Below are positions 51,329-62,618 of a DNA stretch of 64,000 bases, in pieces. The stretch comes from Mytilus californianus. Its lineage: Eukaryota. Below the pieces are notes generated by a model. The model ran no database searches. It saw only the letters and a program-made list of their open reading frames with translations, and had not been told where the DNA came from. Where the stretch lies: the NCBI RefSeq assembly GCF_021869535.1, contig NW_026262712.1, positions 72,230,001 to 72,294,000 of the forward strand, given 5' to 3'. Numbering within the stretch: position 1 is the stretch's first letter; every line of letters begins with the position of its first letter. The position numbers and the translations under genes were made by a program.

Positions 51329-51536
51329 CAGAATGGGTTCAGTAGGATCTGAATGCATGACAGACCAACCAAACTGTGTAACAAACATCACTGGAGGGTT
51401 GTTAACATCTATAACATTGATGGTCACTGTGACTGGTGTGTCAGCTGGTGGAATGTCTGGATCTGATTGGTTCTCCTGTAGTATGATAGGGATAGATTCC
51501 ACTCCATAACAATCTTTACAAGGTGTATACAGCAGG
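51329..51536 (-). CDS. Exon: cadherin-like end (PVTVTINVIDVNNPP)
   Basis: VxVxDxNxxP motif, tttcatag acceptor and gtaatt donor, phase 2/0. Confidence 0.8.
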
Positions 51537-51704
51537 CTATGAAAAAAAAACAAACATGTAGTTATGTTGAATTCCTTATGCAAAATTAAAATATTTAAAG
51601 CTAATAAAATTGCACTAAGGCAGTACTTATAAACAAGTGCATCAAATCAGTTTGCTCAGTGTGAGCATAAAACATAACATTGTATACTTATTGATTGGGT
51701 ATGA

Positions 51705-51806
51705 GTGGAATAGTAAATTTATTGTCCCCCGAGTTGCAACTATTGTCCTGAGGCATAGCCGAGGGCAATAGTTGTATATGAGGGGACAATAAACTTACTA
51801 TTCCAC
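51705..51806. repeat. Palindromic hairpin element
   Basis: gtggaatagtaa.tttattgtcccc / ggggacaataaacttactattccac. Confidence 0.8.
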
Positions 51807-52548
51807 GAATATTCAGTCAGTAAGTGTTTTATTATATCAAAAAAGACAACAGACAATACATGGCAGTGATAAATCAACTATCCCAATATATAAATCAAAA
51901 ACCCAACCATAACGTTTACTTCGTAAATATTCTGAAATGCTAAGGTTACGTCTTGCACTGACGTCCACCTTAGATACAATAGGTAATAAGCGACGTCGGT
52001 ACTCCCGCGGTATTTTCAAAATCATCCAATCCCGTAGCTGCATTGGAAATTCCGCGAAATATAATGACATTTGCGATCAAATAGTTTCTTCCAGGTCCAA
52101 TAGTTGGAAACTATTGACCCGTCCACTAGTTCAACGCTTGCAATTTGAAAAAATAGTCAAAATATTGTGTACTTATTTTATATAGAAAATGATAACCGAG
52201 GTATAATAAAGAATTCTAGATCACCTCTAGATTTTCAGTTCTGCAGCTTACAGTGAACCTTGAAATCTGAGTCAAACCCTAATTTGGGCCAAAATTAAAA
52301 TTAATTTTGTTTCCCTTTACTCGACCGACCCTCTAAAAATCCGCCGACTGAAATAATTTTTTTCAAAAATCACGTTGTTGTTTTTTTTTCTTCGTTTCGC
52401 TCAAAAGTTAGTTTTTTAATTTCATTTCCTTGAATGATCCGTATTTTCAACATTCCGCGAAATCATTGTCGCCCGTGTGTTTGCAGCAAAGGGTAAACAA
52501 CGTATGCAAGGATACTGAAATTGGAATGGAATAATGTTTTAAATAAAA

Positions 52549-52653
52549 GCATCCGAGCAATCGTAACTTCTCTGCCATTCTAGCTACGCATCCAAAAACA
52601 ATATTGTATGCGTAGCGAGAATGGCCGAGTAGTTACGATTGCGCATCCGAGCA
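52549..52653. repeat. Hairpin of about 85 bp flanked by the 11-bp direct repeat gcatccgagca
   Basis: Arms gcaatcgtaact..gccattct.gctacgcat / atgcgtagc.agaatggc..agttacgattgc. Confidence 0.75.
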
Positions 52654-52659
52654 CACCCA

Positions 52660-53800
52660 TGAGCTTAAATGTTAGGCCCGGCGTTTCTGCCGTGTTTGGG
52701 GTAAATCCCTGATTTCGCCTTCATTAGTGGTCGACTCAATAAGTTGTATATTGGCGTGCTATTTATGCTATTTTGTTTCATATGTTTCATTTCGTATGTT
52801 ATATTGGACCATACACCAGTTGTCTTTGGATAAAATAGTAGTTGATTTTTTTCGAGCTCAGTATCATATTGTGTTGTGCTAGGTCGAGCTGACTATACCA
52901 GCTAATTCTTTGATAACAGTTCTTGTAGGTTTTTATGTCTTTTATAAGCTATAATGGGCTGATGATTAAATATGGTCACACGTTCAGGGTTTTGTGAAAT
53001 AAGATGTCAGTGTTTCGTTATTATAGTTTTAGTTTCTGTATAGATGGGTTGAATTTTGTTAACATTACTAACGGTTGCTCTCGTTTCGCTGGTCGACGTG
53101 TTAGCAAGTTTTCCCTTTCTGTATTTTGTGTTTGATAAAAAAAATCGTTGATTTCAGATATTTGATATCGTTGTTTGAGCTTCTAACTGTTTTTTTTTAA
53201 GATCAGTTTTGCTGCTTGTGTTTCTGAGATACCTCAGTACTTCACCCTTGATAAATCCTTTCAATGAAAACACTTTTTGGGTGTGAGCTGTGTCTGTGCA
53301 GATATTGATATGTTTCAGTTGGTTTGATGTCTTGTATCATACTATGCCTTCGTTAAAGAATCTTTCTCCTTTGTATAATTATGACAGTGTCTAAGAATAT
53401 TGTTCATTACAGGAAAATTTGTAGATGAACTTCAACTATCATTTTGTTTCATTGTGTTGAAACGTTGAAAAATGTGTTCAAGAATTAACAAACATTGTAA
53501 GGTCTGCTAACTCAGCGAATGCTGATCCGCACATAGGCACGCCCAAGGTTTCATAGTAAAGTTTGTTGTTAAAAATAAATTCATAGTTTTCTAGAATAAG
53601 CCTTAATAGGCGTAGTCATACTCGCTTGAATTACGGTTTGTGGCTTCTAGTATTTCCTTAAATGAAAAAGTGTACATATTTTTGGCATCGCATGTTACTA
53701 GGTAGCAATCTTGTTGGGGTTTTATATTTTCAATTGAATTAATAAAACTATAAGAAAAATATAGAACCGTGTCTCAATTTATATGTGGTCTACTCTAAGT
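52660..53800 (-). mobile_element. Decayed Penelope-like element of another clade (Neptune/Poseidon-type RT thumb)
   Basis: KPTETYQYLHRHSSHPKSVF, GFIKGEVLRYLRN and PIIAYKRHKNLQELL. A possible hammerhead relic (CTAATGA…GAAACG) lies at 52676-52735. Confidence 0.7.
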
Positions 53801-54093
53801 CACAAAGACATTGATATTTACAAACATTTTCTTGTCTGAAATTGTAAGGTCTTCTAGTCATGCATAATACGTTATACAGTATGTTGTTTTAGTATCAATA
53901 AAGTTGAATTTGTTGTTTTTCTGTGTTTTCCTGTGTGTTAGATATATTTCAGGGATTTTCTCTAAAAAAAAAATAGCCTACCTACCTACCCACTTCCAAA
54001 ATGGTGGGTAGGGTAAGGGGAAACAAAGATATTTTTAATTGCGGCCTTGGTATATATTTTAGAAATTTCACATCATAATGAAAATATGTACTA

Positions 54094-54125
<32 letters not shown>

Positions 54126-54789
54126 CAAGTCTAAATTGAAAACAACGTTCAAACCTATGATTGTGGTGGATAAAAACCGCAATTTTTAAACTTGTGCATG
54201 CAAAACAAATTTCTTGGTAGAGGGGTCTAAATACAGCGCAAACAACATTTTTCAAAAGACCAAATGAGTGAAAAAGTATATTTTAACAAAACGCATTTGA
54301 CTAACAGGTCGAACAACAGATGTTCTTAAACCCTGCTGACTGCCATTGGCGATTGCCAAATAAACGGATCACAAGATGTTACAAAATGGATCTTTTAAAA
54401 TTATTAATTTAATACCAAACAGAAAACAATAAACTTGCGGAAAAGATGGTATCATCTTAGTGTCTTTGATCAAAGGGAACTCAAAACAGTTTTTGAAAGA
54501 TTTTATTGGCTCCTTACACAATAACTGCTTTAAAAGATTTTTGAGGAAGTGACTATTGTTTCTTAGTGTGGATTTAGACAGCTGGTGATGCATGCATAAC
54601 AGAAAATGCTTTCTTTATTGACACCCCAGTCTTCCTCATTTTGAAGTTCAATTTGGTTTTGTTCTCATGATTTTTCAAACTGATTTGAACCTCTGCAAAT
54701 ACAGTTGCCTAATTTTAGACTAAGATGAACATTTTTTCATTTTTATTTTATCTAGATGTACAATTCCTTGGGCCATATTTTAAAACATC

Positions 54790-55090
54790 AAATCCAAAGA
54801 GAACAAGAATGTGTCCATAGTACACGGATGCCCCATCCGCACTATCATTTTCTATGTTCAGTGGACCGTGAAAATGGAGTAAATCTCTAATTTAGCATTA
54901 AAATTAGAAAGATCATATCATAGGAAACATGTGTACTAAGTTTCAAGTTGATTGGACTTCAACTTCATCAAAAACTACCTCGGCCAAAAACTTTAATCTG
55001 AAGGGGGACAGACGAACGAACAGACGGACGAACGGACAGATGAAGGGACGCACAGACCAGAAAACATAATGCCCATAAATGTGGCATAAA
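54790..55090 (+). mobile_element. HINE/pearl-like element (single core, ACGG microsatellite, terminal hairpin)
   Basis: gacagacgaacgaacagacggacg followed by atgcccataaatgtggcat. Confidence 0.65.
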
Positions 55091-56150
55091 TAAAAATAAC
55101 AACTTATTCAGCAACACACAATACTTTGAACAATTTTGATAACAAAATAATATAATAAAAGGCAGCACTATGAGCCACATCACTTTTTCAAAGAATAAAG
55201 TTCCATAACTCCTCATTGTAACATCAGAAAAGGAAATGTCTGGTAAGGGCTAATTTTGGCCTTAAATTCAAAGAACATCTAGAGATAGATTTTTGACATT
55301 TTTTAAACACTTTTTTTTTTAAATGTTGAAAATTTTAAACTGATTTGGTTATTTAAGACGCTCAAATTCAAGCTTAAATATTAAAAATCTATCAACTTTG
55401 CCATTGATCGTCACTTTTCGTTTAAATCTTCTAAAATGGAAGTGGCCTCATATGTATTAATTCTCAAAATTCATATATTTAATTTTTTTTTTTAATTTTT
55501 ATTATTTTCAAGAATTACAACAAATACAACACATCAAACATACATACAGTAATATTAGCAATACATTTGAATATATATTTATTTATGACAATAAACATTG
55601 TTGAAAATTCATTTTATACATATTTATATGAAAAGAGAACAAAAATACGGAAGAAAAGATAATTTTAGTTAAATGTTTATGTACCACTGTGTGGCACATG
55701 AGAATTGTAAAGTATTTTATGAAAAAGGAAGAGGTTAAAAATATCCTGTAAGATTTTCAGTACATAATAAATTATGCTATACAATAATATATTATGTTAG
55801 TTTTGACAATAAGTTTCTTGATGTACTTACAAATGTATATATATTAATCCTGGAAGCTATTTATGAAATAATTGATGCATTAAGCCATAGATATGATGGA
55901 AATTTTGCCAGACTTTTATTTTATTTCTATTCTATACATTTTTCCAACCTCAAATTCATTCTTCTTTTCTTTTAATATGCAATAGAATAGGAATAAGGGT
56001 TCTGTTGGTTTTTTTTCCAATTTCAAATTAAAGATAGGGTGTAGTGATATTGCTATATCATCTGATCAATCTGTTCACATTATTGAGACTCTGCCTATCT
56101 TATCCTGATTGACAATAGTAACAGTTACACTGTATTACACCTAATCTTAC

Positions 56151-56390
56151 CATCTCCTTTCACATCCTTCTCTTCATTATGGATGACTCCATGTGGCATG
56201 AATGGCTGGACTTTCTTCCCTCCCTGTGTAGTACCAACAGCCCATTCATATGCCATAACACCATGTAGGTGGCTCTCAAACCCTGTATACTGTACACTGA
56301 CTGTGGACATGTCAGACTGGAAGTCAAGGTCGTCACCAATATCTGACATTATTGGAATTTCTGTTCTGTCTGCCCCATCAATCACTATGC
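56151..56390 (-). CDS. Exon: Ig/FN3-like repeat (GDDLDFQSDMSTVSVQYTGFESHLHGVMAYEWAVGTTQGG)
   Basis: 240-nt open exon with AG/GT boundaries. The motif resembles repeats of large uncharacterised lophotrochozoan surface proteins (recognised from memory). Linkage to the downstream exons is uncertain because of a phase mismatch. Confidence 0.8.
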
Positions 56391-56934
56391 CTTTATAATA
56401 AATATAGTACCAGATATTGCGAAATGTTTGTGTGTCTAATTTCTTTAAATTTATGCCTATGATATACATTAACCATAAAATAAACCTGGCATAAACATTT
56501 TGTTTTTTATTCAAATGAACTGTACAAGGCCATGAAATGCACTGTATATGCACAAATAATGGGTTCTCAACTAAAATTTCAAATTCTGCTGTACAGTTTT
56601 TTTCATACATTCCGTGAAATAACTAGGAAATAGCATATTTCAATGAATAGATGCTAATTTTGAAAAATTTGTCAAAGTTTTTCTCAATTTTTTAATTGCT
56701 TTCATATTTTGTATAAGGTAGCATCTTTTTATAGTACGTATGCTGTCTGTTTGAATTTATATGCTTCCATCATTAAAATTTGATGTAGATGCTGTTGTTA
56801 AAATAATAATGTACTGGAGCATCTTACTTTTACTGGGATGCTAGTTTTGCATATTTTTTTTTAATATTTTTTCTTTTTTTTTGGATGCTGGATTTCCTAT
56901 AAATAAACCAGTAAAAGTCTGAAATGGTCTATAT

Positions 56935-57205
56935 CTGTACTCGACTGTGCTAATTTTTACTCGACCAGTCTAAATTAGTCAGAATTTAATTAATATTACT
57001 CGACCCAGTCTTAACCATACTCGACTGTACTGATTTGTACTTAACCCTTATCTTTGCTATTGAAAATAGTCTGAACTATTACTCGACCAGTCTGAAACAG
57101 TCTTAACCCATTCTCGACCTGTACTCGACCAATACTTGACCAGCTCGCGACCTATTTTATCAGTCTGAACAATACTCGACCAGTCTGAACCATACTCGAC
57201 CAAAT
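56935..57205. repeat. Irregular minisatellite built on the core ACTCGACC(AGTCT)
   Basis: About 10 occurrences with variable spacing. Confidence 0.7.
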
Positions 57206-57282
57206 AACCTCTACTTTTTACAATTTTAATTGTTAAAATAACTTTCTTTTTAACTGACATGACAACAGCCACAATAAAATAA

Positions 57283-57313
<31 letters not shown>

Positions 57314-57807
57314 ACAGATTTTTATATCCTTACATGATTCTCAGATTTATCAAATCGAGATAGTTAAAATTATCAATTTAAAGTTGTTAAATAAAAATAT
57401 TTGTTTTACCTGAAAACCACACCTATACTGAGGGTAATAAAATCTTATTATGATGCTTTTTGTTAGGCGTGTGATTTTTTTTAAACATTTTTCTAAATTC
57501 CTAAATAAAAACTACATAGGTTTCATGTCGACATACAATAGTTATATAACTATCTTTTTAATGTAACAACAGCCAACAAAATCACTGACAATGTTTAACC
57601 TTAATATATCAGAAATATATCTATTATTATAATTTGGGATATATATATATATTTTAAAAAAGGGATGAAAAATTAAAGAAATTAATAAAATTTTTATTCT
57701 AATTAGGGGTAAACTATAAAGTAATACATCCTTCTTTGGGCACACTGATTAAAAAGATCACACTTGGTCAGAGAGTAATAAATTTTAATTAACATCCATT
57801 GAAAAAT

Positions 57808-57950
57808 ACGGTAAACGGACAGAAAGTCACAGGACAAAAAGTCACAGGACATAAAGTCACAAATTGGATAGGACAAAAAGTCACAGGACAAAAAGTCACA
57901 AATAATTTGTTGACAATTGTTTGTTGACAATTGTTTGAATATATAAGAGA
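57808..57950 (+). repeat. GGACAAAAAGTCACA x5 plus TTGTTTGTTGACAA x2, subterminal-type repeats
   Basis: Seen directly in the sequence. Confidence 0.7.
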
Positions 57951-58094
57951 AAGATCTTCAAATAATTTCTTTTTTTACATTTATTAATTTTTATGTTTAG
58001 GAAATTGTTCATAAGCTTTGATAAATGAAAAATTATTAAATCTTAATCATGCAAATTGTCGAACAAAATCGATTTGCCTATCAATGTTTGGCGA

Positions 58095-58505
58095 GGCACT
58101 AGTGGGAAATTCGAGAGGAACATCGGCCACCGTTTGCTGTGCGGACGACTTACCAGCCTACGTGAGTGACAGACCTAAAACTTTCGTGGTCAACACGGCC
58201 GACAACTGTAACCAGGGAAGAACTCATTGGATGTCCTTCCATTTTCCTATATCAGGATCACCTTTGTTTTTTAATCAATAGAAGGAGCACCAGAGACATA
58301 CCAGCAACATTTAAGAAATGTTCTCATCGTAAACGGACCCCAGTACCGTTTTTATCGCTGTCCAATTCGACCCGACTTTTTGGAAACATGTGGACTATAT
58401 ATACTGCTCCTATTACGTGAAAATGAGATGTCAGAGTATCAAGATGGCAGTTGTACTGATTGACCTATTAACGGATGACCTCGATGCCAACGACGGAAAA
58501 CTCAC
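58095..58505 (+). mobile_element. Polinton/Maverick adenain-like cysteine protease relic
   Basis: ADDLP…FVVNT.D…THWMSF…FFN…G.PE…ETCGL.CSYY…R…NDGKL across frameshifts. Confidence 0.75.
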
Positions 58506-59440
58506 ATCTTCGCTAGCCAAGGGTTACGATCATCTCCCTTTCTATCCACCCTTGGCAGATTAAGCAAAAAAATTTTGATGACAATGTTGCGCCACCTATC
58601 GGTTGATTAAAGTCACACCCATTCCGAATACACAATTCTTGACCCATGGTAGCACTTGAACCCTCTTCAGTGTGGAGGTTAAAACATTCTAACATTTGTG
58701 CAAGAAAAATACACAGGAACTACTATTTGTTGATTCAGAACATTTAAATTGTCATTAAATATCGTCGTATGTTTAGGAGGGGGAGGTAAAGACTTATTGC
58801 ACAATCAGCACATGGCAATTGTTTGACCAGCACTTTCTACATTTACACGTGATCATGTTATAGGTGCTTTTGATTAGATTCAGCCAGTTAATTACGGCTG
58901 AGGGTGGAGAGGAGGGGAGTGGATCGTAACCCTTGGCTAGCGAAGATGTAAAACTCATTGCGTTATTTTCATTCTGATATTTTGATACACAATCGAACAG
59001 CTTTGGTGTAATATTGACCATAATAAAACTCATGCTCATTTCATGTTTTTTTACCTTTCCAAGTATTCCGTTTGTATAAACAACAAAAAAGTCACTGTGA
59101 TAGATTCAGACAAATATTCTCATTGATCAGGTGAAATATGTGTCGGGAGTGTCAACTACTGGGCTTTTACCAATCGAAATTAAGATCAAAGAATGAATTA
59201 ACATCGGATAAAGAGACATGCAAAATATTTTTCTTCACTTTTGTTTTTTTTCTTTCCGCTAACAGCGAGTAAAAAAGATGTTTTGTGGTTTTATAATGAC
59301 AAAATTTAGATTGAAATGAGGTTTTATATTAGTATGTTTAATTCAGAAATATACAGGTCATGATATTGAAATATAAATATTGACTGTCATGTTGAATTAC
59401 ACGTTTGTGGGTTTGTTATATATAGATATAGGGGAAGATC

Positions 59441-59561
59441 ATGCTGCTGCTGTTGTTGCTGCTATTGCTGCTATTGTTGCTATTGCTGCTGCTGCTGTTG
59501 CTGCTGTTGCTGCTGTTGCTGCTGTTGCTGTTGCTGATGTTGCTGTTGCTGATGTTGCTGC
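59441..59561. repeat. (GCT/GTT)n trinucleotide microsatellite
   Basis: Seen directly in the sequence. Confidence 0.95.
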
Positions 59562-60084
59562 AAACGTTTGTTTTTAATATGTCTTCCAAGAGCATGGGTA
59601 TACAATCTCCTCTCATTGGTTGGGTTTTCCGCTAAGGATCCTATATTTAACAAACAAACAAAACAAAACAAACCACCCAGTTTTATAAAACAGTAAGTGT
59701 GTAAAAACTTTCCAAAGGAATTTTGTGAACTTATCAACTTCAATGATACATACCAATGAAAGTGTTGCTTAACAACTCGTTGGCGTCGTTATGGTTAGCA
59801 GAATTTAATATTTCAAAAATCTTTATGTATTGTTAAAGGGACCACATGAAAGGACCATACAAAAGGTAGCTTATTTTTGGGAAATATTTTTACAAATTCA
59901 AATGTGACGTCACTTTGTGTTTTTTTTTTTAGAATTTCAAATGTGACGTCACTTTGTGCGTTGAGGCTTTGTCTAACTCGGCTGTGTATTTTTTTATGTG
60001 TTGGATTAAGTTGTTTTATGTAATGTATCCGTTTTTATTCTGTAGTTAGTCCTCACTTTGGTTTTATCATATATATCTATTATA

Positions 60085-60706
60085 TAGTCATTTTATAAAA
60101 TTTCCTGTTTGCAAAATTATAAATTATTCTAAATAATAAGGATGTTCTTGTCCCAGGCAGAAAACCCTGTCCGTGTTAGGCGCAACTTTTTGGAAGTTTT
60201 GGTCCTCGGTGCCCTTCAGCTTTGTACTTGTTTCGGCTTTCAAACTTTTTTCATCTGAGCGTCGCTGGTTGGTCTTGTGTGGACGAGACGCACGTCTGGT
60301 GTATTGAATTTTAAGCCTAGTACCTTTTCTTAGCTATTATTCGTGTGTTTCTTTGTCCTATATGTTCTCCCATTATTTGTATTGCGGTCCTGTCATGTGA
60401 TGTTGTCGTTTTGGTGTTGTGTTTGACGTTGCCATAAAAGCGGGAGGTTTGGCATGCCACAAAACTGGGTTCAACCCACCATTTTTTTCTTAAAATGTCC
60501 TGTACCAAGTCAGGAAAATGGCCATTGTTATATTATAGTTCGTTTCTGTGTGTCTTACATTTTAATGTTGTGTTTTTGTTGTGTCGTTGTTCTCCTTTTA
60601 TATTTGGTGCGTTTCCTTCAGTTTTAGTTTGTAACCCGGATTTGTTTTTATCTCTATCGATTTATGAGTTTTCGAACAGCGGTATACTACTGTTGCCTTT
60701 ATTTAT
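60085..60706 (+). mobile_element. Composite repeat: retrozyme-like unit with a degenerate hammerhead (about 60258-60305) plus a 400-bp module
   Basis: Reverse complement of 31200-31360 and of 20955-21377. Confidence 0.7.
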
Positions 60707-61569
60707 TCATTTTTATAATGGAAAAGATGACCAATTAAATCAGTTGATCTCAATAAATATACAGTGTTGTGACAGAATTTAATATTGAAAGTAAAAGTAG
60801 CCAGTTAAGAAAATTAGGGGCACCTGATAGCTTGATAATATCTTTGTATTTTTTGATAAATGTAGCATTTTCTGTAATCTGTTAATCCAATTAAACCGAA
60901 TGTTAAAGATATTGATATTATTGTTTTTTCCTATTTCATTTTGTACCAAAATACCACAATATCTTTTAATTTTATCTATGAAATCTAAATTGACAAAGAT
61001 TTGCACATAAAATAATATCCAAATTATGAAAATAAATAAAAACACAATTTGTTTTCTTTAAAATGACAAGGAGCTTAATCCTACATATATTTATTTAACA
61101 GCCAGTTTTATTCATAAAATCAACATTTAATATCAAATTTCTAAGTCTACATTTCAAATGTTAAAACGACTTATTTGGTTAACCATTAGATAGATTAACG
61201 ACCATATTTTTTTTAACTTTCAATTATTATGAATCAACAGGATATTCAGACATATGCCCTCTTAATATATTTGAATTAAGAATTAGAATTAAACATTTAC
61301 TGCAAAACAACACAGATATAAATAAATGTTCTAATGACTATGTATGTCATTTGTCAGTTATATAAGTATAATTATAATCTTACTTGCACTAACGGGTTGT
61401 CGGTGTATTCCTATTAAACGTTGTCACATTGCTATAGACATCACTAAATTAAACATATATAATATGAATTATTTCAATTGAATTTCATTTTATCCTATAC
61501 AAATTTGCTACTATCTTCTGTTTTCTTAAACACATTCGCTAATACAATAGTTAAAGGTATAAAAACTCC

Positions 61570-62470
61570 TCTGTTAACAAAACTGATTCTGGTATTAAAC
61601 CTTTTCCTAAACTCTCTCATAGATACAAATATTTGGTTTGTTTGTATGGTGGTACTTGTAGAAAACCTATTTCAATCGGTATAGCATAGCACATCATATT
61701 TTTTTTACCGAGATGTTGTTTACGGAGCCCGGAAATTTAGATAGGTTTCGGGTAAAATCATCAGTTTTTCAAATGAGTTTATTCTAAAAGGTTACCAATT
61801 CAACACTGTAATTGGATTTTTTGATATATTTTTTATTGGTACGAATTTTGTTTGTGTAATCAGGAAATTATCACTAATGCTATTGTTTTATACATATTCA
61901 TATGCACATTCACGGTTCTTCAATATATCCATACCTGTATTGTGGCATTGCACAAGGCCATGTTTTTCTTTAACTGTTAATGACGTCTTTACAGTAAATC
62001 CTTTGGATGTTAGATATATACTGTTTGATACTCCGTCTAAGACACATGATATTTATTTGATGTAATATAAACCCCTGTCACTTCCGGTCTTTATTTTTGA
62101 TACATGTTTTTCTGCTTCGTTTCGATCTGGTGGGTTTATCCCTTTTCAATTGATTTATATAGTTTGTTGTACTTTGACAGCACTGTCCAAACGTAATGAA
62201 AGGTGGAAGGGGCGACCGTTAACATGTTTAACCCCGCAAAATTCTTTATGAGCCGGTCCACAGTCAGGAGTCTGGAATTCAGTGGTTGCTGTTTGTTGCT
62301 GTTAATCATATTTGATTACTTTTCTCGTTTGAATTGTTATATATTTGTCATTTCGGATTTTGCTCAATGTTGAAAGCCGTACAATGACTTTTAGTTGATA
62401 ACTTCTATGTGACTATATCATTTGGTTTCTGGTAGAGAGTTGTCTCATTTGCAATTGTACTACATCTTCC
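61570..62470 (+). mobile_element. Naiad 3' end (copy 2 subfamily) with a degenerate SECIS at about 61958-62045
   Basis: Homologous to 12200-13190, with ATGAC 61980, AAA and TCC-ttt-GGA. Confidence 0.75.
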
Positions 62471-62525
62471 AATTCATAGACAAGTGGAAAGTTTTGTGAT
62501 ATTGTTAGATCAATAAATTTCTTAC

Positions 62526-62618
62526 CCGGAAATAATCTCTTAACTCTATCGCCATGTTTAACAACAGCGGCAAATAAAGTCTCTGAGAGTAGGATTATAC
62601 AGATAGTCACAGCTACCA
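62526..62618 (-). CDS. Possible exon encoding a hydrophobic, signal-like peptide (VAVTICIILLSETLFAAVVKHG...)
   Basis: gattttcag acceptor and G|gtaag donor, 93 nt, phase 1/1. The parent gene is unknown. Confidence 0.3.

Larger units (their letters stand above)
45270..56390 (-). pseudogene. 3' part of a large type I membrane protein gene (Ig/FN3-like repeat, cadherin-like, 2x EGF, TM, Pro/Lys/Ser-rich tail); 1-nt frameshift before the TM
   Basis: Seven phase-compatible exons run from 51536 to 45270, and a further exon lies at 56390-56151. The frameshift is at about 48192. Confidence 0.7.

Noticed and set aside
55500-56050. Possible L1/Tx1 3' fragment
   Set aside because: No diagnostic motif could be read in any frame.
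59380-59743. PolyAla, polyLeu, polyGln and Ser/Asn ORFs
   Set aside because: All are frames of one trinucleotide microsatellite, with no convincing splice sites.
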